Positions 13,001 to 24,229 of a DNA stretch of 64,000 nt are shown here, in pieces. The stretch comes from Penicillus capitatus (taxonomy: Eukaryota; Plantae; Chlorophyta). Position numbers and translations under genes: made by a program. The notes under the pieces were generated by a model. It worked only from the letters and a program-made list of their open reading frames with translations, ran no database searches and was not told where the DNA came from. The stretch lies in contig OZ287701.1 in NCBI GenBank assembly GCA_965649825.1, positions 609,101 to 673,100 of the forward strand, read 5' to 3'. How positions within the stretch are numbered: position 1 is the first letter of the stretch; each line of letters begins with the position of its first letter.

Positions 13001-15057
13001 GAAATGCAACATCTACGATGTGGACGATCGCGGGAAACTGTTCAGAAGCGCCTTCCACAGTGGATTCCGTCTGATGGACATTGCCTGGATGCCTGGTCTG
13101 CACTCCTCTGGACTTTCGACGCTGCTTTCTGGCATCACAGAAGAAGGCAACGTCGTCATCATCGAGGTCGAAGTGCCAGAAATCGTCAGACTTCGTGCCA
13201 ATGCGTCGTTATTCACCGCCAGTTCGAGTGAAAAGAAACAGATGGATCGAGTGGAGGACAGTATGGATGTGCTCAGTGGACATGCCTCTGTCGCCACAAC
13301 CCTGGCATTGCCCAAATCGCTGACGCTCATGTTAAGACTACTGCTGCAAGTCGGACTGCCTTTGTCTGTATTGGAAGCGGTGCTCGATCCAGATTCCGTG
13401 GAAGAAGAGGGCGCAGCATTGGAAGAACAGATCTGGGAGAAGTTCCCTGTGCACCTCAAGAGACTGGGATCAAATGGAGGCAGCCAGACGCTGTCGGTGA
13501 CGTCGCCCTCTACAGACTCCGTTTCGGAAACGCCCCTCTCAAACAGAGTCTGCGATGAGAAGAGCCTGGCCGATGCCAAGAAGCGTGCCAGACGTCGCGT
13601 CACACTCATGGAGGTGTCTCGAGGCATGAGCCTCGCTTCAGAGGTCCATTCTCCGATCCATCTCCTGCAGGATGTGTGTTGTCTCTGTGTGGCAGGTGCT
13701 GAAAAACATCGAGGCGCAGAACATGCGGTCGAAGGGTATCTTGGGCCGCGTAAAGGGGACCTTTGTCCGGAAAACGCCCCGGGACAGTACGATCACCCCG
13801 CTTGATCCTGTACAACCTAACCACTTGCCGTTGCCTGGGGCTAAATCTTGATGTGACCGCAGAGCGCAGGATCGGCAGAGGTCACAAGACAGTGGCCAAC
13901 AAGTGAATCTCTCTTGGATTTGTTGAATGTCTTGGCACTGCTGCGACACGAGCGACGTCTCTTGCTTCCGGAAGAATGGACTGCCTATCGTTCTGCTTTG
14001 GAGAAGAACTCCATTTCCTTGCGCATGGCCGTTGCTGCCTTTGTCTCTGGAGACAATGCCGAAGCCGAATTCTGGCGCCATCTACCCGTCACTCTTGCCA
14101 AAGTCCGTGATCGAGCGTTTCCAGATCCCACACTGCCGACTCCACAAGGCGCCTCTCTTTGGGACGAGCAGTCCACGGTGCGTATGGCTCAGGCTCGTGC
14201 CAAACTGCACGATACCATTCCTCGTGCACACATCGAGTGTCATCCAGAGCTTCAAGAGAAGAGGCTGCTGGAGTATGTCAGCCTAGGGGACTACCACACA
14301 GCCGTGGGTTTCCTCTTGTCTAGCGCCCCGGAAGCTTCGGTACGATACTACAGAGACTCGCTCTGTGCCTACGCGCTCTCGTCTGTGGGATCGAGTGAAA
14401 GCATGAACAGTCCAGTCACATCACCACTAAATGGACACGGACGCAATTCTCTGCATCTTCAAGTGGCCAAAGTGGTATCGGCCCACGCTGCTAGTATGGG
14501 AGATTCTCTCTTGGGTGTCCCCCTCCTATGCGCCGCAGGTTTGTCACCTGAGCTCCTCAGAAGTGTGACCCAAGTGTGGTATAGGATTGCATCACGAGGC
14601 CGTTAATCTATTGCAGGATGCAGCCCTGTGGAGCTACGCCTCCGTTCTGACGGCATCTACCATGGAAGGATCGCGCCATGCCATCGCTTGTCTCCGTTGG
14701 GCTCAGTATGTCTGGAGATACGAGGGAAGTCTATGGAGAGCCGTTGGCATCCTCACCTCCGGTGGATGTCTCAGAGAGGCTGCTCAGGTCTTGCTGGACG
14801 AGGGATATGTCGACTGTGCTGCTGCCTACTGTCAAGCATGTGAAGAAGCCAATCTGTCACTGACATCCCAGAATTCAATCGACACGCCTCAGCTCTACAG
14901 TGCCCTACCGAGCAATCAGTTAGTACGTGTTGCCTCTGTCAAAACGAGTCTGCAAGGATCGAGATCTATCGGCGAAGAAGACTTGAGCAAGTACAGTATA
15001 ATGAGCATCATGAATAACTACAGTGACTTCGTAACCGCCATCCTCACCGGCTTGTAG
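10086..15057 (+). CDS. WDR11: WD-repeat protein WDR11-like; multi-exon
   Basis: The N-terminus LAGPCVSANLG...FAYGVGSSVTIVDVR, WD repeats (GHVVVWD, TLVLWD) and later blocks resemble plant WDR11. Later blocks: ELQEKRLLEYVSLGDYHTAVGFLLS, YYRDSLCA, VVSAHAASMG...GVPLLCAAG, AVNLLQDAALWSYA. Confidence 0.85.
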
Positions 15058-15327
15058 TTGGGACCAACTGTACGAACGCAAATTAAATGGCCATGTTTAA
15101 CACAATAGTCCCCAAAAACACACTCCACCCGACAGTCTTTAAGACACAGGTCTGATTTCGACACAAAAACTGTGGAATGGTATTCTCTAATAGTTTTCAG
15201 CAGAAGGGGTGATGATTAACGATAGGCAGATGGCGTTGCCGATCTCGAATGGAACAAGGGGAAATTCTTTTTATATCGGACGTCCTACGAAACAGAATGG
15301 TGTAAGGAAATTGAAAAGACAGCATGC

Positions 15328-16775
15328 TCATGTGTCTAGTGCGCCTTGGCAGCCACATCCAGATCCAGCTGTGCATCCATAACAGTGATTGTCATACGCA
15401 ATCGGCCAATCAGCCATTTCATCTAGACTCTCAAGATCGAATACTGTAACCCCCTCTCCTTTGCCATTAACGCCTTTGGGTGGAATAGCGTGCAACAAAA
15501 GCTGCTGATTGAAATCGCAGTCATAGACGGAACCATCCCAGCTGACACTAATGGTGTTTCGGCACATGAGGTTCTCTGCTGCATGTGCATTGAAATTGTC
15601 TGTCAGCAGTCCCATGTACGTCTTCAATGTCTTCTTGCGTCTCAAGTAATCAGCAAAACGCTTGATCGGCATGTTGTTGAGACAAAATAGATGTGTGAAT
15701 TCAATGCCGTGTGCCTCTTTCAGCTCACGGCGATAGGCATCCTCCAATGATGCCTGATCCGGGGCAAGGAAGGCTCCGTTAGGATTGTACACCAGATCCA
15801 GAATCAATCCCGTTCCTTCCTTTCCGTATCCAGCAGCATTGAGCTTCTGTACAGCAATATGTGTGAGAATGTGTGTGTGAGGTGGTGTTCCTTGCTTGGA
15901 GTCCCATGATGGATCGTTCGTAGACACCTGGTCCTCGTTGCTCACGGACATTTTTCTCTTCGTAGCATGGCAAGGAAGCGACCACACGGACCTGGTGCTC
16001 TTTCAGAAAATCCACCAAGTCTTCTTGGCCCGGTTCGACAAGTACTGTCAGATTACATCGATCGATCACTTCATACCCCAAGCTTCGTGCATTCTCCGCC
16101 AGATATCTGCCATGATGTCATCCATATATAAGAAGCATTGGCGGATAAACGGTGCAGACTTGAACTGGGAGTTCAATTCGGGAGCGCCGCCTGTCAAATC
16201 AACAGTCGTGATCGTCGTGGAGTTTTTCATCAAGTGGATGCATTGGTCGGCCACTCTGCGATCCATCATCTCTGTCCTCTTAGGAGAGCTTTCCACATGA
16301 CAATGAGAGCAAGCCTGGTTACAGTAGAGGCCAATGTTCAGTTGGAATATCTCTGCTGGACCGCGGACGAGTGGGGTCACATCATGTTTCTGTTACACCG
16401 TTTCTGTAGCGAATGAATATCATCGGAAGCGTTGGCGTGACTTTGAGGGTGACGGCGAAGTTTGGAACGCCGAGGGCGTCGAGTGAACGTTGACGGGCTT
16501 TGCGTTCTTCCCGAGTCAGCTCCTTCTGACCCACTTCGCGTACTTTGCGCTGAATCTCCTGAAACTCGACGTCGCTCGCCATCTCTTCCAATGTCTCGGG
16601 AATCAACGATTCCAAAGACTTCCCTTGGGAAACCGCATAGTGCCTATCGAACACGGAAGATTGACGCCGACGACATGCCGAAAATGACAGACTTGACAAT
16701 GTGTGTGCGTGCGCGGAGTGGCGTGCGGCGACGAAATGAGCGACTGCTTGCTAGAGACGAGAATCTGCGTTGCAT
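15328..16775 (-). CDS. arsS: Radical SAM protein, arsenosugar-biosynthesis ArsS / DUF3641 type, with N-terminal targeting-like peptide; spliced
   Basis: Motifs: CxxxCxxC in QLNIGLYCNQACSHCHVESSP, VDLTGGAPELN, VIDRCNLTVL, VVASLPCY, LVYNP, LMCRNTISVSWDGSVYDCDFNQQL, and C-terminal HCYGCTAGSGCGCQG. Arg/Ser-rich start MQRRFSSLASSRSFRRR. Confidence 0.85.
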
Positions 16776-19700
16776 GTAGCACGGCAAGCCGCGGCCTGTG
16801 TGTGGAATTGTTGAGTTCATCATGATGGTGTCAGATACAATCGATAGGAAAGCAGATGAATGGGTGCACTTTAGAAAAGGAGTCAGTGGATGAAACGCTG
16901 TTTGCGTTCTCCCACACAGGAATGGATGCGAATGTGACGCGGTCGATAGTCAAAGAAATGCTGAACGGGCAGTGTACTACCTCTCTCTTCTTCTTATCTT
17001 ATCACTATTGTCACCGTTCGATGTACTTGATTGATCTTCGTCAATGGATGCCTCTGACGGTCCGGAAGTTACCAAGTCATTGGAGGTGAAAGTAACGAAG
17101 TCAATGCGTTGGTCCCCAGAACTTCATCTTGTGTCGTAGAGTCCAACTCTGTGTATGTACTGTTCTGCACTTTGCTGGGGGAGCTCCGCTTGTTCTCCTT
17201 GGCGAAACTGGTCAAGACGCTCCTAGAAGGTCGGATAGAGCGGTGGGTACGGGACAAGCGCACGTTGGATATCTCGCTCGGCGTCGTTGTTGGCCAGGGT
17301 GACAAAAACAGTTTGAGAAAAACGGTATTAAACATACGTAAAGCATAAGAGCACAGTGAGTCCTAGACAGCTAGCTTATTCCATCCAAGTAATGTGACAT
17401 GCAAGGCAGATGAGTCATTGCGTATTCAGCACTAGAGGAAAGTTCCCCCTGGCGCTCAAGAGGTCCTTCTGAGAGGACAACGATTTCCCCATTCACCGCC
17501 GCCCGCCCTCTCTCCAACAAGACAGTCCCGTCGCCACAGGAATCTCGGCGACAACTATCATCTGAGAACACTGAATACTGGTCGTTTTCGCATCGATCAA
17601 TAGACGATATCGATCGGCGTTTGGATGATACGTGCATTTTAAACAAATCGTTGATATATCGCGTTATGATAAGGAAACCGTAGACACGACGTATTCGACA
17701 GTCAAATTGTCAAAATCGAACGATCTTTAGTTCGTCAGTACGTGTGTAACGCACTTCGGGCCGAGGACTCAGTGCTTTGCTGTGGCGACGGCGCGACGCG
17801 TGAAACGACACAGAATCGGCGACGAACCTTATGTACAGTGATGTGACATGACACTGCGTCCTGTAGGCTGAGTAGTCATCCTACTCTCTCACCAACTCAT
17901 TACTTAACTGTGACTCTCACTCTGTCACAGCAATCCCCACTGATCTCACTCGAGTCGCATTGAATCTGATGGGACACTCACATAGTAGAGGCGCTCTGCG
18001 CCACAAAAACACATGCCTCAGTCTAATGGGGCCGCGCATGACTCCTCTGCGCTGAACATCCACCGAATCTGGCCGGAAGGCCTACTCATATAGAAAAACC
18101 CAATGCGCGCACCTAAAAAAACACTTCGCGCATCACACCAATCCACAATCGGCAAGAACAAGCTGCAGAACTGTCCGATTTCGAGGCCCCAAAGCCGTGA
18201 GCACTGCTTTGACCACCAGAACCTTGTCTCCTGAGTCGCAGCTGCCAGAAAACGCCGTCGCCGCCGAAAGCGCCGTCGCAGAACGCCTCAACCAAGTTCG
18301 CGCCACTTCACTGTAACACGGGCAACTTCCCACAGAGGACGTCGCTTGAGTTGAGACTTGGTGCAAAGGCATCTCCGGAGACCCGCTATCCAACGCCGAA
18401 GACAGTGCCCCGAACGACTGCCCCGTCGCTGAGAACCGAGAAATCGCATGACGCGCAGATTCAGGTGTAACGCGCATGCATGGAAAGAAGATACGGCCAA
18501 GGACGCCGTATGCGTGGCAACGCATACGACGCCCTCGACCGTAGGAGGAGGCCATGAACGCGAGCAACACGACTTCCGCTGTGCAAAGGTCGCATCAAAC
18601 GCATCACCCAGAGTAAGCGGCCCGCCGCCTCTGGTCGCCAGCGGCCGGAGGTGGCTGGGCGCGCCACAACGTGCTTCGCTCTAGACACATCGGAGCTTCT
18701 TAATCGGCGAGACGAATAATCGAGGGCAAGGTATTCGTCTTTGGGCCACCGACGGAACATTTTCTATTATGTAACTGTGTGCTTATCGGTTGCGCTTTCC
18801 TCAATGTGAACGATGAAGCTTTTTTTTCGTTCGCGAATGTTACCTGGTGCTTCTTCTAACGAAACGACACTCTGGCATTCCAGCCTCTTTCGCATAAAAC
18901 GGAAAGCTGCGTCTCAAGAGAGAACCGCAGTTTAGCCCTTGGAGATGCAATTAGACTGACGATCTGGCGCGCCTTTGATCTTACGGTGGGGCTTTAACGA
19001 CTGGCTGAGCTCGTCGTAAAACCGTCACTGAGATAAAAAGACTTATCCTCCGGTAAGAGATACTCTTTGTCAAGGTATCAAGTGTAAGAAGTAGCATCGA
19101 GTTGTACGGTCGAAGTGACGGTTTAGATTGTTTGGCACTGAAAGCAATTTATGTTCGTCGCATATCCTTTAAAAAAACTACATGCAAGTGCGTGTGTTCT
19201 GCGTTAGTTCGTTCGCCGCGGGAAGACATAAAGGCCGACATCAAGTTGTATGGCCGAACTGTTTGAAGATTTATCCAGACCGTTGTCGCTGCTATGAAGA
19301 TCCCTTGTCAGTTTCTTTTTCTCTCTATGGTCTCACAGATGTCCTCAATCCTGACGCGAACCTCTCTTTGGTTTGCGCGACAAGCAAGGACATGGAAGTT
19401 AGAAGGAGTGAAAAGACTTGTTCGTCTCCGGACCGACTCGTCTTACAGTCGCAGCGGCAGTCTTAAATAAGAAGAGAACAGGCCAACGAAGATAGCAAAG
19501 ACCAAACCGAAGTGCGGAGAGAAGACAACTTAGTTATAACAAACAGCAGATGTTCGCTGTCGCCGGTCGGGTCGGACGAAAAACAACAAATAGCGGAAGT
19601 CTTTACAAACTGTTGGAGCAAGGCAAAGTAACGTTCAGAATGTCCGTTTTATACCCCAGTGGCGATGTGACCTGCCTAGGCAGGTGAGTCATCCTTGCGT

Positions 19701-19944
19701 CAGAACCAAAGAATAGCGCCCCAGGTGACTCAACCTGCACCCCCTCAAAACGTGAACCCATCGAAAACGAGGCAGTCACATCGCCAAGCCAAATCTTGGC
19801 GACATTCGCAACAACATAACAGAGTGTAAACTTAGATAATCGCACATATCAGAGTCTCTTAGTGCGACGAAAGTTTCAAAACGCCTCAACATGCGATTCA
19901 AAGAGAAACCAGGTAAAATACATTAGTAACATTAAATAAACGCT

Positions 19945-22539
19945 TTACATGTCACCAAGACGTTCACGCATTTTGTTTACTAGTTCCGTGTAAAGCAAAG
20001 CTTCATTGTCCATTCCAATTCTTGACAAACAAGCAGCATAATTGCTCATGCATTGGACGGTGTCCGGATGGTCCGCGTCGCCGTAAAGGCGCTCGCACAT
20101 GTCGAGGGCCCTCTTGTACAGCGGCACGGCCTCGTTGTCTCTCCCCGTTCGTCCGAGTCCGATGGCGTAGCTCTTGATGCAGTCGACGGTGTCCGGATGG
20201 TCCGCGTCGCCGTGAAGGCGGTCGCACATGTCGAGGGCCCTCTTGTAGAGCGGCATGGCTTCGTTGATTCTCCCCGTTCGGTCGAGTCCGATGGCGTAGT
20301 TCTTGATGCAATCGACGGTGTCCGGATGGTCCGCGTCGCCGTGAAGGCGCTCGCACATGTCGAGGGCCCTCTTTCTAAACGGCAGGGATTCGTTGTCTCT
20401 CCCCGTTCGTTCGAGTCCGATGGCGTAGCTCTTGATGCACTGGACGGTGTCCGGATGGTCCGCGTCGCCGTGAAGGCGCTCGCACATGTCGAGGGCCCTC
20501 TTGTACAGCGGCACGGCTTCGTTGATTCTCCCCGTTCGGTCGAGTCCGGCGGAATAGCTCTTGATGCACTGGACGGTGTCCGGATGGTCCGCGTCGCCGT
20601 GAAGGCGCGCGCACATGTCGAGGGCCTTCTTGTAGAGCGGAACGGCTTCGTTGTCTCTTCCCGTTCGTTCGAGTCCGACGGCGTAGTTCTTGATGCACTG
20701 GACGGTGTCCGGATGGTCTGCGTCGCCGTGAAGGCGCTCGCACATGTCGAGGGCCTTTTGAGCATGGGTGATCGATTCTTGAAACATGCATATCTCTCTG
20801 TAGGATCGTGTCGTGTGTTGGAGTAACTTTATTTCTACGCCAGTGTCCTGCGAGCTTTCGCAGTGTTTGAGGAGTGTCGACCCGTTTCTTGCGAGCGAGG
20901 ACCACAGTTCTCGGTTCGAACGGTCCGTTCTCCACTCGTCGATGTATCGGCTGATTGAAGCTACTATAGTCTTCACGTGGTCTCCGATCGCGTTCTTTTG
21001 TTGTTCTTCGGATTCTCGAACGTGACTGGAAGCACTGTCGTCCCTCTTTAGGAGAAGGTGTCTCGCTAAAAGTTGCGTCTCGGCGTGGATGTAGATTTGA
21101 TTCGTCTTTGTGTCCCACGCGACGTGAGAGAAGCGCTCAAGGATCCTTATGGAATTCTGCGTTCTTTCCGCGAACTCTCCACCATCAGCTTCGTGCCACT
21201 TGTACATCCACTCGACGGGCACACCATTCGGATCGAGCAGCGCTAGCTTGGCGAGAATGTCGAGCGAACGGGGGCCGAGGTCGTTGGGTTCCTCCGAAAT
21301 CCTCTGCACGCTCCAGTTGAATACGAAGACCATTCCGCTCGCTTCTTCGCCGATTCGCGTCGCTGAGAGCTCTTCTATCGCTTTGGCCTCTCGTCCCGTG
21401 ACTTCGTACCGTAGCAGACGCTGCACCCATTCGGCGGGGCTCGACCTCTCTTCGTCCCGCATCACGGAGAAGAATTGAGCGAGGACCAGCGGGATCCGAG
21501 GCAACAGGTCCATCAAGTCGTCCAGATCGTTCGGTCGCATTGACCTGCCACATTCGAGTCTCTCTGCCAGAATCCGAGCTTCGTCTTCGTCGAACGGTCC
21601 CAGTCGAAGCATGTTGCTCTCCCAGTCTCCGCCTCCAGCCTCCCTCGTCGTGACGATGACATGTCCGCTTGTCGCCGGAACGTACTCGCGAATCAGTTCG
21701 AAATTCGGAGCGTCGTCGAAGACGTAGAAACAGTGAGATCGTCCGAGCTCTTCTCGAACACGTTTGATGAGCTCCGGGGTTTCGGTGTCGGTGCGAACTC
21801 GCAGGTATTCTGCGATTTGCAGGAACGTGGCAGTGAGGGTCTCTCTGGAGCTTGAAGGTATCCAGAACTCGTCGTCGTAGTGGCGCTTTCCCCTGAAAAG
21901 GTCGAACAGCCGTGTCGCGAGCTGAGTCTTCCCGATGCCGCCCGGGCCGACGATCGCCCTGACGACAAGCGACTCGTCGCTCGACTCGAACGCTTCAATC
22001 ATCTCGCTGAGTTGGTCCTTCCTCCCGACAAAGTAGCGAACGATGTAAGGCTCGACCAGACGATGGTCCCTCCTCCGCCGAAACCGGGAGGCAGCCCGGC
22101 GTCCCGGCGAATCGCTGCCGGACGGAGGGTCTCTGTCTCCACCGCCTCTGAGACCAAGATCGCCCACGAAGACGAGTCTCTCCGCGCCGCGAGCCGGATC
22201 GGACAGAACGTGAACGCGATGACGTGCGGCCCCCGGCGGCAGGCGGGCCAGGTCTCTCGTCGCTTCTCCCGGATCGCAGAAGCCCTTGCAGTAGAGCGGG
22301 ACCGTCAAGATTCCGGGAGAACGGTCCCACTCGCTCCAGATTCCTCGCTGCGAACTTCTTTCCCGTCCGAAAAATCTGCACGAGGCCATGCGCCTCGACC
22401 TCCACCTCGCAGATTTCCTCGGAGACTCCCTGAGCAGAGGACTGAAAGCTGTAGCAGGGAGAAGACGTGAGCACCTCTGCGCAGTCGCTTCCGAGAGCCT
22501 GGGAGCGAGACCGTTCTGTCTGACTGAAAGAGGATCCAC
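19945..22539 (-). CDS. NB-ARC/STAND NTPase-TPR protein (NLR-like); the true 5' end probably involves upstream exons toward about 23100
   Basis: 864-aa ORF with FVGRKDQL, Walker A GPGGIGKT, Walker B YVFDDA, sensor-1 VIVTTR, a LPRIPLVL GLPL-like motif and a winged-helix-like region. It ends in six 43-aa TPR units. The NB-ARC-TPR part has no introns. Confidence 0.92.
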   Translation of the reverse strand: MDPLSVRQNGLAPRLSEATAQRCSRLLPATAFSPLLRESPRKSARWRSRRMASCRFFGRERSSQRGIWSEWDRSPGILTVPLYCKGFCDPGEATRDLARLPPGAARHRVHVLSDPARGAERLVFVGDLGLRGGGDRDPPSGSDSPGRRAASRFRRRRDHRLVEPYIVRYFVGRKDQLSEMIEAFESSDESLVVRAIVGPGGIGKTQLATRLFDLFRGKRHYDDEFWIPSSSRETLTATFLQIAEYLRVRTDTETPELIKRVREELGRSHCFYVFDDAPNFELIREYVPATSGHVIVTTREAGGGDWESNMLRLGPFDEDEARILAERLECGRSMRPNDLDDLMDLLPRIPLVLAQFFSVMRDEERSSPAEWVQRLLRYEVTGREAKAIEELSATRIGEEASGMVFVFNWSVQRISEEPNDLGPRSLDILAKLALLDPNGVPVEWMYKWHEADGGEFAERTQNSIRILERFSHVAWDTKTNQIYIHAETQLLARHLLLKRDDSASSHVRESEEQQKNAIGDHVKTIVASISRYIDEWRTDRSNRELWSSLARNGSTLLKHCESSQDTGVEIKLLQHTTRSYREICMFQESITHAQKALDMCERLHGDADHPDTVQCIKNYAVGLERTGRDNEAVPLYKKALDMCARLHGDADHPDTVQCIKSYSAGLDRTGRINEAVPLYKRALDMCERLHGDADHPDTVQCIKSYAIGLERTGRDNESLPFRKRALDMCERLHGDADHPDTVDCIKNYAIGLDRTGRINEAMPLYKRALDMCDRLHGDADHPDTVDCIKSYAIGLGRTGRDNEAVPLYKRALDMCERLYGDADHPDTVQCMSNYAACLSRIGMDNEALLYTELVNKMRERLGDM
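19990..20760 (-). repeat. Coding tandem repeat, 129-bp unit x6 (TPR array)
   Basis: gtccggatggtccgcgtcgccgt recurs with 129-bp periodicity. Units alternate RDNE/RINE. Confidence 0.95.
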
Positions 22540-23659
22540 GCGAGTGGAACGAAGGATGGTCCCCGCTTGTCATGCTCATCTGCACATGCGTTTTGGCTCG
22601 AGGAGCCCGATCACGGCCGTGTCCTCTGAAGAAGATGCCTGACGACGTCTCCCCGTGGCGGCGATGACGATGCGGGAGCGAGGGAAACGTCCTCGCGACG
22701 CTGACAGGATCCCACATCTGTCGAATGCCGCGTCGAAAAATGAGTCCTCGGTAGAGGGATTGTTACTTTCCAAACTGGGTAAACGCTGACTTGGCTCGGA
22801 CTTAGTGAGCACTCTCTGGATCGTAGGCCCTGATAGGGAACACACGACTTAGATAAAAAAAGCTTCGGACAGTCGGCACTCGCCTGGACACGAAGAGGAG
22901 ATCTGCTTCTCTCGCCGTCGACCGCGTCCGTCCCATGCAAGCTTCCCTCGTGGAAAGACATCCAGTCCGCGTCTGCCACCGGCTCCGTCTTACGGATTCC
23001 GGTCGACGCGTCTCCGCTGGAAGCCGGCGAACGCACACACTGGAAAAGTCCAAACGCTCGGCGTGACGGCGCAACGAATGCGTCAGTGGCCTCACCGTCT
23101 TGACGGATTCGCATGGGTCGCCCTCTCTGCCTGGCCCTTCGAAGCGCTTCGCGCAGAAGAAACAACCGTCGCGCATTTCCACAATGCGCGGCGACATGCC
23201 GCTGCTGTCGTCGATGTTCTGCGGACGGCGCGTTTCACGATTCTTCATGAGGAGAGGTTTTGGTTTCCTGGCAACGACGAACGCGTCGTTTTTTTCGCAG
23301 ACGGAATACCTGCACAAACAAACGCAGACGGAAGATGCGAAACTTCTGATAGCAGGCAGATGGCGAAATCAGAACGATGCGCCTAATGATGCAAATCGAA
23401 GGCCTCGCTGCCTTGACCGCGACAGACAATAATGCCCATCCAGGCGAAGAATTAGCGCGGTTTCGGAGCAGCACCATGTGCTCGAACGCGCCCTTCCTCT
23501 CATCAGGACGTCTGTTGTCCGACGGTCCAAAATCGACGACGACTTCGACCGCGAAGGAATCACCATCGCTTTGGAGCGTTGGGATCAGGAAACGGCGGTC
23601 GGGGACCGGGACGAAAGACAGGCCGTCTTAAACTTGGCCGTTCCCTCATCACCGTGTGA

Positions 23660-24229
23660 TCCCAAGGCGGTGGAGGAGACGGAGATTCGAATGGTCGTCC
23701 CTCGCGTCTTCACTGGCTGTCTGTGGCGGGCGTGGCCCATGCGTCTCTTCGTAGTCGTCCGGTCGAAGCTGCCGAGACGGATCAAGTTGACGAGGCGGTG
23801 GACGAATCTTGGGATTGGATCGGTCCTCTTTTGTCGTCTGTCGGTCTGAGTGGCATGATCGGTTTCGCGTGCGGCGCTGCGCTTAAGCACCTCGAAAGGA
23901 AGGCAGTCGTCGCCGTGGGCGTCAGTTTCATACTCCTACAGGTGTCAACTTCCGCGTCGAAACAGAGAGATCTCGATGTCCGAAGGGTCTGGTGTACGCT
24001 GGCGTCGTGGACATTCACTGGGACGTCATCGAGAAGAGGCTGGATCTGACAGGGGACGGAAAGTTCGACGAGGACGATCTGCAAGTCGCTTCGCCCAGCA
24101 TCCTGCGTCTGCTGGCCCAAGCAAGGGACTCATGCCACGATCACACGTGCACGAGCGTTGTGCGTGCAGGGCATTCCGAGCGTGGGGTCGTTCTGCACTG
24201 GGTTCTTCGTGGGTGTTCGATGGAGCTGA
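23660..24229 (+). CDS. FUN14/FUNDC-family membrane protein; 5' exon not resolved
   Basis: Spliced reading GGGGDGDSNG...IGPLLSSVGLSGMIGFACGAALK...AVAVGVSFILLQ|GLVYAGVVDIHWDVI...ILRLLAQ|GIPSVGSFCTGFFVGVRWS*, which follows the FUN14 pattern. Confidence 0.75.

Noticed and set aside
17069-18760. Possible - strand gene(s) with a faint LRR-like segment (LTALGPRNRTVLQLVLADCGL)
   Set aside because: Only one weak motif and no coherent exon chain, so it is not supportable.
20003-20826. Long alternative-frame and antisense ORFs over the TPR array (257 aa +, 239 aa -, 117 aa -) as overlapping genes
   Set aside because: A stop-free frame in one GC-rich unit is propagated by repetition. These are shadow ORFs with no independent evidence.
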